Shown here piece by piece: positions 9,260 to 18,318 of a stretch of DNA of 64,000 nt. The translations under genes and the position numbers were made by a program. The notes beneath the pieces are model-generated. The model worked only from the letters and a program-made list of their open reading frames with translations, was not told the origin of the DNA and searched no databases. Location: NCBI GenBank assembly GCA_963678065.2, contig CAXXVZ010000003.1, forward strand, positions 2,208,001-2,272,000, given 5' to 3'. Numbering within the stretch: position 1 is the first letter of the stretch; the number at the start of each line of letters is the position of its first letter. This DNA is from Treponemataceae bacterium (GTDB lineage: Bacteria > Spirochaetota > Spirochaetia > Treponematales > Rectinemataceae).

Positions 9260-10744
9260 CTACCTGGCGAAGCCCTCGTAATCCGCTTCGGCGACAGGCT
9301 GGACCACGTCCTTCGACCCGAGTACGACCCAGATGAATTTGCCCCCGAGAATGTACTTGTCGAAGGCAAAGCGGATCTGGGGCGCCGTGACTGCGTCGAC
9401 GCGGTCGGTGTCGAGGAGATAGCTCCGGTAGTCGCCCGACTCGATCACGGAGGCGGCAATGCGGGAGGCGATGGCCCCATTCGTCTCCTGTGACTCGTAG
9501 TAGGAATTCTTGAACAGTGCCTTGTAGACCGGCAGGGCGGCTTCCACGGACATGCGCGGCTCCGGACCATCGGAGAAAGTCGGATCCACCGACATGCACT
9601 CGCCCCGTGCGAGAGAGGCGACAGCCTCGTCGAGATAGGCCTTGGCCTTGGCGGCGACTTTCGTCTTGTAGACGACGAGAGATCCGTAGTTCGCGCTGAA
9701 AGAGCGGATATAGGACGAGGGCGAGTAAGTGGCGCCGTACTTGTCGCGCATGACGTTGAAGAGGAGATCCGAAAGCATCTTCATAGCGATGTTCATCGGC
9801 ATGAAATCGGCGTCCTCGGGTGCAGGGGCGGGGAAATCACCCCGGATATAGCCGATACCCTTCGACTGTGGATACTCGGATTTGACGAGCCTGGAGGCTC
9901 CAGGACCCGCGAGCGCCGCCGGCATTCCCGGCAAGGCGAGGGATCTGCGCGCGATCGTGCCGAGGCTCGCCTCGAGTTCGGCCCGCAGGGCGACGGCGTC
10001 GAAATTTCCGACAGCGACCACGAACATCCGCTCCGCCGCGAACTGAGTGCCGTACCAGTCTTTCACCGCGGCGAGCGTGATTCTCCCGAGCGACTCCTTT
10101 GTCCCGTCCGGAGAGATGCCGTAGGGGTGCCCGGCGAGGAACTCCGCATTCGTGACGAGGCCGGTCTTGGACCAGGGATTCTGCTCCTTGGATTTCAGGG
10201 CAAGTTTCGCCTCGGAGAGAACCTGATCGAAGTCGGAAGCCAAGAGGGCCGGCGACACGAGAGTCTCGGCCCACACGGGGAAAAGTTTCGGGAAGTACTT
10301 GTCCAGGGTGTTGAGGCTGTAGCTCGAGTATTCGAAACTCGAGGCGGAGCCCATCCCCGACGAGGTTTCGTCGAGCAGAGCCTGGATGTCCTTGTAGGAA
10401 TGCCCCGTGGAGGCCCGCGCCATCGTGGCGAGACAGAGGGATTCGAGCCCCGCCATGGTGGGGTCCGCGAGGAGGGAGCCGCCGCGGATGACAAGGGAGA
10501 GGTGCTGTATCCTGTTCGCGTCGTTCCGTTTCACGATGACAGGTATGCCGTTGGACAGGGTGAAGGTCGAGAATTCCGCAAGACTCCTGCGGGCGAAATC
10601 CGAGAGGACGGCGTCCGGACCGAAGGCTGCCTCTTTGCTTCGGAAGGGAAAGTCCTCCTGTGCGGAAAGCGGGAGGATGCAGAGACAGAAAAGGGCGAGG
10701 GTCACGGCGACCAGGTTTCTCCGGCGGATCATGGTGGTGTACAT
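9260..10744 (-). CDS. M16 family peptidase, non-catalytic subunit, with signal peptide
   Basis: FTLSNGIPV, M16 fold motifs (HPYG...GTKESL, VVAVGNFD, MRDKYGATYS), no HxxEH. GAGGAGG RBS and hydrophobic N-terminus. Confidence 0.85.
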   Translation of the reverse strand: MYTTMIRRRNLVAVTLALFCLCILPLSAQEDFPFRSKEAAFGPDAVLSDFARRSLAEFSTFTLSNGIPVIVKRNDANRIQHLSLVIRGGSLLADPTMAGLESLCLATMARASTGHSYKDIQALLDETSSGMGSASSFEYSSYSLNTLDKYFPKLFPVWAETLVSPALLASDFDQVLSEAKLALKSKEQNPWSKTGLVTNAEFLAGHPYGISPDGTKESLGRITLAAVKDWYGTQFAAERMFVVAVGNFDAVALRAELEASLGTIARRSLALPGMPAALAGPGASRLVKSEYPQSKGIGYIRGDFPAPAPEDADFMPMNIAMKMLSDLLFNVMRDKYGATYSPSSYIRSFSANYGSLVVYKTKVAAKAKAYLDEAVASLARGECMSVDPTFSDGPEPRMSVEAALPVYKALFKNSYYESQETNGAIASRIAASVIESGDYRSYLLDTDRVDAVTAPQIRFAFDKYILGGKFIWVVLGSKDVVQPVAEADYEGFAR

Positions 10745-10755
10745 CGCGTTCCTCC

Positions 10756-12243
10756 TCATTTCTGCCACCAGAAGGCGGCTTCCGGATCGACCTCGGAATA
10801 CCCGAGTGCGGCTTCCCTCTCCTTCATGGCCCCATCGGCCGCAAAGGCTTTGCTGTTGAGTCTCAGCATCGACGCGACGGGCGCCTCGGCGAGGTAGCGG
10901 CCGATCAGATCGGAGATGTCGGCGAAACTCACTTTGGAGCAGTTTTCTTCGTAGCCGAAGAAATAATCGGTCGTGGCGACCGACCACCAGAAACTGAGCG
11001 TGCCCGTGACAAAGGAGCCGGCCTTCTCCATCGAAAGCAGGTTCTGGTCGATCAGCTTGGTCTTGGCCTTGGCGAGCTCTTCCTCGCCGAAGTAAGCGGC
11101 GGGATCTGCCGCGATCGTCTTGAACTCTTCTGTCACGAGGGCGCGGAGGGCTTCCACCCTGTCGAGCGAAGGGCCATCATCAGCGGGATTCTGAAGCAGC
11201 ATGTACGTGGAGAAAGAGTAGGCGCCACCGTCGCGGGCCGTCGGATAGTTGAAGGAGATGTACTCGGGGTCGTAGAGACCTGGTCCATTCTCCATGAGCG
11301 TCGTCTTGAATCGACCCACGGGCGAGGACAAAAGGAACAAAAGGACATCGGAGGTGTAGGTGTCCTTCGTCTGCCTGAGAACGTCAGGTCCGCGCCAGCG
11401 GTACTGGACGCTGGCAACACCGTCGTAGAAATTGTCGTCGGAATAGACGAGTTTCAGGTCGCGGGGGAAAGGTCCGTGGGGCGGTTCGCCGATGATCGGC
11501 TTGTCCCCGCCTTCCCAGTCGCCGAACCATTTCTGCGCGAGCGCGAAGGCAGTCTCGGGGTCGACGTCGCCGCCGATCATGAGGGCGGTGTTCTTCGGGA
11601 TGTAGTACGCGGCTCGGATGGCCTCGAGTTGAGCGGGCGTGGCACCCTCGATATTCGCCTCGGGGCCGTCGATGTTCTTCCGCCAGGGGAAGTCCCTGTA
11701 CAGACGGGATTCGAGGGCATTGGACGCGATATGGTTCGGGTCGGTGTGGTAACCCCTGATCTCGTTGATGACGACGCTCTTCTCTTTTTCCAGCTTCTCC
11801 GGATCGAAGACGGGCCGCTCGATGGCCCATGACCAGAACTCGATCCCTTCGGAGAGACGATCCGAGGGCACGGTGATATAGTAGTTGATGTACTCGTCGC
11901 CGGTCGCGCCATTCCAGTTGGATACGCCGAGCCGGTTGAGGGCCGCAGTAAAGGCCGCCTGGTTCGTGTACTTTTCGTTGCCGTCGAACATCATGTGCTC
12001 GTAGAGGTGGAAGAGTCCTGCGGTCTCCGGGCTGTGGGCCGAGGCTCCCCCACGGAAGACGACGCAGACGGTGGCGAGGGGAACGGCGCGGTTCGTCTCC
12101 ACAAAGACTTCGAGTCCGTTGGAAAGGACGCGGTGTGCGACGGGAAGTTTGTCCTCCGCCGCGAAGAGCGCCGGGGCGGACAGAATGAAAAGCGCGAAGA
12201 GAAGGAGGGACGCCAGCTTCCTTTTCCCGGGATTGTACTTCAT
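10756..12243 (-). CDS. M16 family (insulinase-like) zinc peptidase, catalytic subunit, with signal peptide
   Basis: VLSNGLEV, GLFHLYEHMMF (inverted HxxEH), EKSVVINE, YYIPKN; GAGGAG RBS. Confidence 0.92.
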   Translation of the reverse strand: MKYNPGKRKLASLLLFALFILSAPALFAAEDKLPVAHRVLSNGLEVFVETNRAVPLATVCVVFRGGASAHSPETAGLFHLYEHMMFDGNEKYTNQAAFTAALNRLGVSNWNGATGDEYINYYITVPSDRLSEGIEFWSWAIERPVFDPEKLEKEKSVVINEIRGYHTDPNHIASNALESRLYRDFPWRKNIDGPEANIEGATPAQLEAIRAAYYIPKNTALMIGGDVDPETAFALAQKWFGDWEGGDKPIIGEPPHGPFPRDLKLVYSDDNFYDGVASVQYRWRGPDVLRQTKDTYTSDVLLFLLSSPVGRFKTTLMENGPGLYDPEYISFNYPTARDGGAYSFSTYMLLQNPADDGPSLDRVEALRALVTEEFKTIAADPAAYFGEEELAKAKTKLIDQNLLSMEKAGSFVTGTLSFWWSVATTDYFFGYEENCSKVSFADISDLIGRYLAEAPVASMLRLNSKAFAADGAMKEREAALGYSEVDPEAAFWWQK

Positions 12244-12339
12244 GCCATTACTCCTCAGACTGCGCTCCGAATCCAATGAATCCGCGAGCCCACAGCCACG
12301 CTGCGGGGTATGAAAACCCCTTCCGAATCAGGATCAGAA

Positions 12340-12792
12340 TCAGGAACCGTAGAAAAGCGATGCGAGGGCCTCCGCCGTCGGGGCATCCTCGAAGCTCGAC
12401 CTGAAGGCGGAATCGTGGAAAAGCCTCGCGATTTTGGACAGGATCTGAAGATGGGTCCCTGTGGACTCCTTCGGGCCCGCGGACAGAACGACGATGGTGA
12501 CGGGTACGCCATCCAGAGAGGCGAAATCCACCGGGCGCTTGAGACGGCAGACGGCCATCATGTTCCGGACAGTGGCGTCCGTGAGGGCGTGGGGGATCGC
12601 GATCCCCTCTCCCACACCCGTCGAGACGAGCTTCTCCCGCTCGATCAGGTCGTGGAGGAGGCGGGCCGGGTCGGAGACGAGGCCGGCCGCGCCGAGCATA
12701 CCCGACATGATCGAGAGAATTTCGTCCCTGTCCCTGGCCTCGACATCGACCGCGATGCAGGAGGAAGGGAGCAACGAGCGGAAATCGATCAT
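12340..12792 (-). CDS. PTS EIIA(Ntr/Fru)-type protein
   Basis: EREKLVSTGVGEGIAIPHA with the phosphorylatable His, VDFASLDG, HLQILSKIAR. Confidence 0.92.
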   Translation of the reverse strand: MIDFRSLLPSSCIAVDVEARDRDEILSIMSGMLGAAGLVSDPARLLHDLIEREKLVSTGVGEGIAIPHALTDATVRNMMAVCRLKRPVDFASLDGVPVTIVVLSAGPKESTGTHLQILSKIARLFHDSAFRSSFEDAPTAEALASLFYGS

Positions 12793-13139
12793 GAGCAAGC
12801 CTCCTGAAAATCCTGCCCCAGCGTCGACCAATCGATGGGCAGAGTAAACATGACCCCTGTGCCGGCCTTGCCGAAACCGCCGACAACCTCGCTGATGAGC
12901 TTCTTGAGGTTGCCGAGGACTTCCTCGTCCCTGATCACGGAGAGGATGGTCTTGTTGTGCGGTTTGTTGCCCTTCATGAAATCCTTGAAATCGGCGAAGA
13001 GCGGCACCTCGCAGGCGAGAAAGCGCCCCATTCCTTCCGAATCGAGGATGGTCGCTCCCGTGACTCCGGCTTCGAGGTAGGCCTCGAGGACGGATTCGAG
13101 CAGCTCTTCCTTATTGAGAATGAAAACGAGCAGTTTCAT
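12789..13139 (-). CDS. P-II-like (GlnB/SbtB fold) small regulatory protein
   Basis: MKLLVFILNK..., GVTGATILDSEGMG, GTGVMFTLP; its stop overlaps the EIIA start. Confidence 0.8.
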   Translation of the reverse strand: MKLLVFILNKEELLESVLEAYLEAGVTGATILDSEGMGRFLACEVPLFADFKDFMKGNKPHNKTILSVIRDEEVLGNLKKLISEVVGGFGKAGTGVMFTLPIDWSTLGQDFQEACS

Positions 13140-13260
13140 CTGTGTCCACCTGAGAGGAGTATCAGCCATGGGGAACGGCAATGTCAAGAAAGACTGTCGC
13201 GGGGCGCGCGAAAAGGCCGCCGACATTGACTCCGGCCCATCCCGTGACTATTATGCCGCA

Positions 13261-13986
13261 ATGCGGCGGAAACGGCTTGTGATCGTGAAGACGGGCAGCA
13301 CCATGCCCGCGCTCGCGGCGAAACTCGGCGATTTCGAGGATTGGACGGTGAAAGGAATGGGACCGGAGGGCGATACCGCCGACGTCGTGGACGTACGTAG
13401 CGGCGCCACACTGCCCGACCGTGAGTTCGCGGCCGGCATCGTCGTCACGGGTTCGCACGACATGGTCACGGAGCGCCTCGAGTGGAGCGAGAGGACGGCG
13501 GCCTGGCTCGCCGAATGTGTCGGGCAGGGAATCCCTGTTCTCGGGATATGCTATGGGCATCAGCTCCTCGCCCACGCATTGGGAGGCCTGGTCGCCGACA
13601 ACCCCGCAGGCCGCGAGTTCGGCACGAGGACAGTCAAAATCCTGCCCGAGGCGGCTGACGACCCTCTCCTCGGCGGCTTCGGAGACTCCATCCGCGTGCA
13701 TCTCTGTCACACACAGTCCGTTATCGGCCTCCCGCAAGGCGCTGTAAGGCTGGCTTCGAGCTCCATGGACCCGAATCAGGCATTCAGGCTGGGAAAAAGT
13801 GCCTGGGGCCTGCAGTTCCACCCCGAATTTCCGGCAGCCGCCATGCGCGCCTACGTGCGCGAGTACGCGAAGATCCTCGCGGCAGAGGGCGGGGACCCTC
13901 TCCGCCTGGAAGCGGAGAGCGAAGACAGTCCCTACGGCGACGCGATTCTCCACCGCTTCGCGGCCATCGCGGCGGCGCGGTCTTAA
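13261..13986 (+). CDS. Class I glutamine amidotransferase (GuaA-like, stand-alone)
   Basis: IVVTGSH, VLGICYGHQ nucleophile Cys, GLQFHPE. Confidence 0.92.
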   Translation: MRRKRLVIVKTGSTMPALAAKLGDFEDWTVKGMGPEGDTADVVDVRSGATLPDREFAAGIVVTGSHDMVTERLEWSERTAAWLAECVGQGIPVLGICYGHQLLAHALGGLVADNPAGREFGTRTVKILPEAADDPLLGGFGDSIRVHLCHTQSVIGLPQGAVRLASSSMDPNQAFRLGKSAWGLQFHPEFPAAAMRAYVREYAKILAAEGGDPLRLEAESEDSPYGDAILHRFAAIAAARS

Positions 13987-14086
13987 GGGTGGGACCTGAG
14001 CTCAGGCCTGAGCTGCAGTCATCCGAAGCTGCCCCACCCGGGGACCTGAACGCGGTGGCGGGATCGCGAGTATGGCGCCGCCCGCG

Positions 14087-14932
14087 TCATACCGCGGAAC
14101 TGCCGGATTTCACGTGTATGTCCATCTGAGGATAGGGAATGACGATGTTTTCTTCCTTAAATACGCTGATGATGTCAGTGTAGATCGAGTTCTTGACCCC
14201 CATGAAATCGTAGCGCTCGAACCAGACTCCGAACATGATGTCGATGCCGGAGGGAGAAAACTTGTCGACGACGATGTAGGGCTCGGGATTGTCGAGGACG
14301 TGGATGTTGTCGGTGGCTATCCTCGCGAGGGTGGCGAGGATTTTCTGCACCTCGCACGAGTAGGGCACGGTGATGGAGATGTCGAGCCTGCGGATCGGAT
14401 AGCGCGTGATGTTGACGACATTGGACTTGATGATGGTCTCGTTCGGGATCCTGACGAAGCGGTTGTCGAAAGTCTGTATTTTGATGGAGAGGAAATCGAT
14501 GGACATGACCGTGCCCGCCACATCGCCGACTGTGAGGACATCGCCCACGGCGAAGGGTTTTTCCGCAATGAGGAAGACGCCCGAAATGACATTCGAGACA
14601 GAGGTCTGAGCCGCGAAGCCGATCGCGATTCCCGCGATTCCCGCCGCACTGAGGAGTCCGGAGATATCGATCCCGAGCTTGTCGAAGACGACGAGGCAGA
14701 CCACGACGAAGCCCGTGTAGCGGATGAACTTGCGCACGAGCATGGCCGACTGGACCGAGAGCCGCCCCTTGGCGAGGCGCGCCGTCACGACCTGAATCAC
14801 CTTGAAAATGAAGATTATGACGAGGACGAGAGCCACAGCCAGTATAGTTTTCTGGAGCGCTTCGCCTTTGAGGGGCGCTGTCACCGTCTGAGCGATCGTA
14901 TCGAATATCGTGCCGAAATTCATTTTTCCCAC
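14087..14932 (-). CDS. Small-conductance mechanosensitive channel (MscS family)
   Basis: AGIAGIAIGFAAQTSVSNVISG, KPFAVGD, VRIPN, IPYPQMDIH. Confidence 0.93.
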   Translation of the reverse strand: MGKMNFGTIFDTIAQTVTAPLKGEALQKTILAVALVLVIIFIFKVIQVVTARLAKGRLSVQSAMLVRKFIRYTGFVVVCLVVFDKLGIDISGLLSAAGIAGIAIGFAAQTSVSNVISGVFLIAEKPFAVGDVLTVGDVAGTVMSIDFLSIKIQTFDNRFVRIPNETIIKSNVVNITRYPIRRLDISITVPYSCEVQKILATLARIATDNIHVLDNPEPYIVVDKFSPSGIDIMFGVWFERYDFMGVKNSIYTDIISVFKEENIVIPYPQMDIHVKSGSSAV

Positions 14933-14933
14933 C

Positions 14934-15716
14934 TCACATGCCGGTAATGGTGCGCAGGAAGGCGACTCCCCTCCTGACGAGGAGTTCGCTCTGCCGCATC
15001 CTGGCCGGAGAGAGAAGGCGTGAACCCTTGGGAAGGGCTCCGCCGGAGACTGTCATCTTGAGACTCCCGTCGACGAGGCCTTCGACGACGATATTGTCGG
15101 TCCGCAGGAAGCCTGTCTCATCGCGGATGCGCAGGAGATCGGTGTAGACCGCGATCTGCCTGAACTCGAGGGTGCTCCGCGAGTGGTTCTTGACCGTGAT
15201 CCCGCACTTGATGAGGCTTCTGTGAGCCGGGGTCGCGTCGGAGCCCTTGATCGATTCGCCCTTGCACAGGGGATCGAGGTTCGTCTTCAGCGAGTAGCAG
15301 AGCGTGCCGCCGGTCTTGTCCCCGAACCAGGTATTGGAAAGAATGAAGGGAGTAATCTCCTCGATCATCGCGCCCTTTTCCGTTTCGAGTCTGAGAAAGA
15401 CAGGGAGGTCGACAAAAAACTCCGCCTGCGCGCCGTCGAGGATGTTGACGGTGTTGGTGGCGGCGATGAGGAAGGGCCTGTCGGGCATGACTGGCCTGAG
15501 CCCCGCCTTCTCTCCGGGCGAGATATTGACCATGACCTCGCCGCGCCCAGGCTCCGCCGAGGGTTCCGGGCCGAAGGAGCTGCCGTCGAGATTCTCCATC
15601 TTCGTGCGGTTCACGACCGTGCGCCACTCTTCGCCTGTCTTCTTGAGGAAGAACTCAGAGCCGTCGAGATGCCAGCGGTACCACGTTCCGTCCTCGAACT
15701 TGTGAAATTCCCACAT
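14934..15716 (-). CDS. DUF432-like conserved protein
   Basis: 'LSNTWFGDKTGGTLCYS' and 'ITVKNHS' motifs resemble DUF432 proteins, which typically sit next to MscS. Confidence 0.65.
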   Translation of the reverse strand: MWEFHKFEDGTWYRWHLDGSEFFLKKTGEEWRTVVNRTKMENLDGSSFGPEPSAEPGRGEVMVNISPGEKAGLRPVMPDRPFLIAATNTVNILDGAQAEFFVDLPVFLRLETEKGAMIEEITPFILSNTWFGDKTGGTLCYSLKTNLDPLCKGESIKGSDATPAHRSLIKCGITVKNHSRSTLEFRQIAVYTDLLRIRDETGFLRTDNIVVEGLVDGSLKMTVSGGALPKGSRLLSPARMRQSELLVRRGVAFLRTITGM

Positions 15717-15846
15717 AAAATCGACGATATCCGATTTTCATATCCCGCGGAAGGGTCATCCGCCAGTCAGTTTTCCGTTGAGGCAATGCGGGGGCTTGAC
15801 TCTGTGACAGTGTATATATAGATTTCCATATACAAAGGAGTGCGCG

Positions 15847-16203
15847 ATGTCGGAATACATGACAAAAGAAAGTTTCATCGAAAAAGTCTTCGATTTCGAG
15901 AATGAGAAGGAATGGAAATACAAAGGCGATCTGCCGGCGATCATCGACTTCTACGCCGACTGGTGCGGGCCCTGCAAGATGGTCTCGCCGGTTCTCGATG
16001 CCCTGTCCTCAGAGTATGAGGGCAGGCTCGCCATATACAAGGTCAATACTGACAAGGAACAGGAACTGTCCATGGCCTTCGGCATCCAGAGCATCCCCTC
16101 GCTGCTCTTCATACCCAAGGAAGGACAGCCTCAGATGGCCCAGGGAGCCCTGCCCAAGCCTACACTCAAGAAGGCCATCAAGGATGTGCTCCAGGTCGAA
16201 TGA
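15847..16203 (+). CDS. trxA: Thioredoxin
   Basis: IDFYADWCGPCK, FGIQSIPSL; AAGGAG RBS; TTGACT-17-TAGATT promoter upstream. Confidence 0.95.
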   Translation: MSEYMTKESFIEKVFDFENEKEWKYKGDLPAIIDFYADWCGPCKMVSPVLDALSSEYEGRLAIYKVNTDKEQELSMAFGIQSIPSLLFIPKEGQPQMAQGALPKPTLKKAIKDVLQVE

Positions 16204-16301
16204 GACCGGGGAGTCAGCCCGGCCGGTGTCCCGTCATCCCGCCGGGCATCGGGCCGGGGCCCTTGCAATAGCCGGTCTTTGCCGACAGAATGACTGCCGA
16301 G

Positions 16302-16529
16302 ATGAAACAAAAACGCTCGTGGCTCTTGGTCGCCGCGCTGGGTGCAGGCATTGCCATCATCGGCTATACGGTCCTCCGGGAGATTTTCGGAATTTCTCTC
16401 GGGGAGCGATTCGAAAAAGGATTTTTCGACGCCATTTTTGTCCTGGCGATCGGACTGGTGTTGATTAACCGGAAACTCGTCAGCGACGAAAAGAAAACGG
16501 AACAGAAGGACAGCAGCGCGGAAAAATAA
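16302..16529 (+). CDS. Small two-TM membrane protein of unknown function
   Basis: Two hydrophobic segments and a charged tail; TTGCAA-17-CAGAAT promoter just upstream. Confidence 0.65.
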   Translation: MKQKRSWLLVAALGAGIAIIGYTVLREIFGISLGERFEKGFFDAIFVLAIGLVLINRKLVSDEKKTEQKDSSAEK

Positions 16530-16567
16530 CAGATTGCCGGCTCTGCATAATCTGTTACACTCATTGA

Positions 16568-17866
16568 ATGAAAATACCGCCCTTCCACCTGCGCCACGCC
16601 GCGGGCGGGATCGACGCCGATGCCCAGCTCATCAACCGGACACTTCTTGTCTTCATACTCGCAGTCCTCGGCTACGGTCTTGTGTCTTCACGATTTGATT
16701 TTCCGCAGATAGCGGCCGGACTGTTCACTATCATCCGTTCTCCGGACATCCTCATCAACGACTATGTCGCGAGGGCGGGCATCGGTCCAGCCTTCGTCAA
16801 TTCGGGGCTGAACGCCCTCGTGGCATTCTGCCTTCTGCGCCTTTCCGGAGTCCTCATCTCGGGCCCGGCAATCGCCGCCCTCTTCACGGTCGCGGGGTTT
16901 TCCCTTTTCGGGAAAAACATCTACAACATCTGGCCGGTGATGGCGGGCATCGGCCTCTACATCAGGATCTCCGGCAGGCCTTTCAAGGAAATCGTCATCG
17001 TCGCCCTTTTCGGAACCGCCCTCGCCCCCATCGTGAGCGAGTTCACCTTCGCGCTCGGAATTCCCTTTCCCCTCAACGTACCCGCCGGAATCCTGGCCGG
17101 ACTCTGCGCCGGGCTCATACTTCCTCCCATAGCCCGCAACGCCCTCGATTTCACGAGAGGATACAACCTCTACAACATCGGCTTCGCGGCGGGTTTCGTC
17201 GGGACGATAACGATGTCCATCATGAGGGCCTTCGACCTCGAACTGTCGGGCGGGTTCGCGTGGGGAAAAGTCGCGCCCGCGACCATCGTTCCCTTCCTCG
17301 GCCTCTATTTCCTGTTCATGATCGCGGCGGGGATGGTGGAAGACAGAGAATGGCTCGCCGGCTACAAGAAAATCCTCGCCTCGGGGGGGCGCCTCGTCAG
17401 CGATTTTCCGCGTTCGCACGGCATCGGCGCCACCCTCGTGAACATGGGCAGCATGGGTCTCGTCAGCATCGCCTACGTCTTCGCGATCGGAGGAGACTGG
17501 AATGGCCCCATGGTGGGCGGAATCTTCACCATCGTCGGTTTCTCCGCTTTCGGAAAGCATCCCCTCAACGCGCTGCCGCCGATGGCGGGAGTCGCCCTCG
17601 CCGCGAGTCTCACCCGCTACGGGCTCGCCTCCCCCACGTCCCAGCTGGCGGGACTTTTCGGCGCCACCCTGGCCCCGATTTCCGGCGTCTACGGCCCGGT
17701 GGCCGGCCTCATCGCCGGAATGCTTCACTTGACATTGGTCGTCAATGTAGGGACCCTCCATGGCGGACTCAATCTGTACAACAACGGTTTCTCGGGCGGC
17801 ATGACGGCCGGAATTCTCGTCCCCATTCTTGAATGGATCGATGACTGGAGAAGACATGAATCTTGA
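16568..17866 (+). CDS. DUF1576 family polytopic membrane protein
   Basis: Internally duplicated Gly-rich motifs: 'FSLFGKN...FGTALAP...GYNLYNIGF' and 'FSAFGKH...FGATLAP...GLNLYNNGFSGG'. Confidence 0.85.
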   Translation: MKIPPFHLRHAAGGIDADAQLINRTLLVFILAVLGYGLVSSRFDFPQIAAGLFTIIRSPDILINDYVARAGIGPAFVNSGLNALVAFCLLRLSGVLISGPAIAALFTVAGFSLFGKNIYNIWPVMAGIGLYIRISGRPFKEIVIVALFGTALAPIVSEFTFALGIPFPLNVPAGILAGLCAGLILPPIARNALDFTRGYNLYNIGFAAGFVGTITMSIMRAFDLELSGGFAWGKVAPATIVPFLGLYFLFMIAAGMVEDREWLAGYKKILASGGRLVSDFPRSHGIGATLVNMGSMGLVSIAYVFAIGGDWNGPMVGGIFTIVGFSAFGKHPLNALPPMAGVALAASLTRYGLASPTSQLAGLFGATLAPISGVYGPVAGLIAGMLHLTLVVNVGTLHGGLNLYNNGFSGGMTAGILVPILEWIDDWRRHES

Positions 17867-18218
17867 CGTGATGCAGCTCCTCAGGGCCGCGGACGAATTG
17901 TCCAAGTATTTGTATTCGAAAGGCGCGAGAAAGATACAGGTATCCTACGACTTTGCCCCCGAGCGCTCGTTCTGCGCCATCTCCGCCCCGGACCTCGTCC
18001 TTTCGCCAAAAGAGTGCGAGAGGCTCACGAAAATCTTTTCCGGCCCGATTCAGCCCGAGATCGCCGCGTATTACGGCGGGCTCGCGGGGCGCAGACGGGA
18101 CGAGCCGGAGCTGGAACTTCTGGGCACAATGACAGAACTCGAGGAATTCTTTTCTCTCGAGGGCACAGGAACAAAAATCATCCTGAGCCGTCGCGAAGCG
18201 GAATACTTCGGGGTCTGA
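17856..18218 (+). CDS. Conserved hypothetical protein coupled to the DUF1576 gene
   Basis: Overlaps the DUF1576 stop, GGAG RBS, 'QPEIAAYYGGLAG...ELELLG' motif. Confidence 0.7.
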   Translation: MNLDVMQLLRAADELSKYLYSKGARKIQVSYDFAPERSFCAISAPDLVLSPKECERLTKIFSGPIQPEIAAYYGGLAGRRRDEPELELLGTMTELEEFFSLEGTGTKIILSRREAEYFGV

Positions 18219-18318
18219 GGCAGGACACCCAAGCTTTTGCCATCCGGATACGCGCCTGCCTTCCGGATACGCCGTCAGCGCGCCGTTCAGGCGATGCCCG
18301 GCGCACCCGTCCCGTGGC

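Noticed and set aside
6636..9599. 987-aa antisense ORF over hypD, and many similar long shadow ORFs (e.g. 57569-59338, 47986-49527, 37434-38924)
   Set aside because: They lie opposite well-supported genes and have no motifs; long antisense frames are expected from high-GC codon bias.
13988..14050. GGGTGGG...CCCACCC hairpin with internal palindrome GCTCAGGCCTGAGC
   Set aside because: It sits between convergent genes and is likely an ordinary terminator-like structure; I found no second copy to suggest a REP or MITE.
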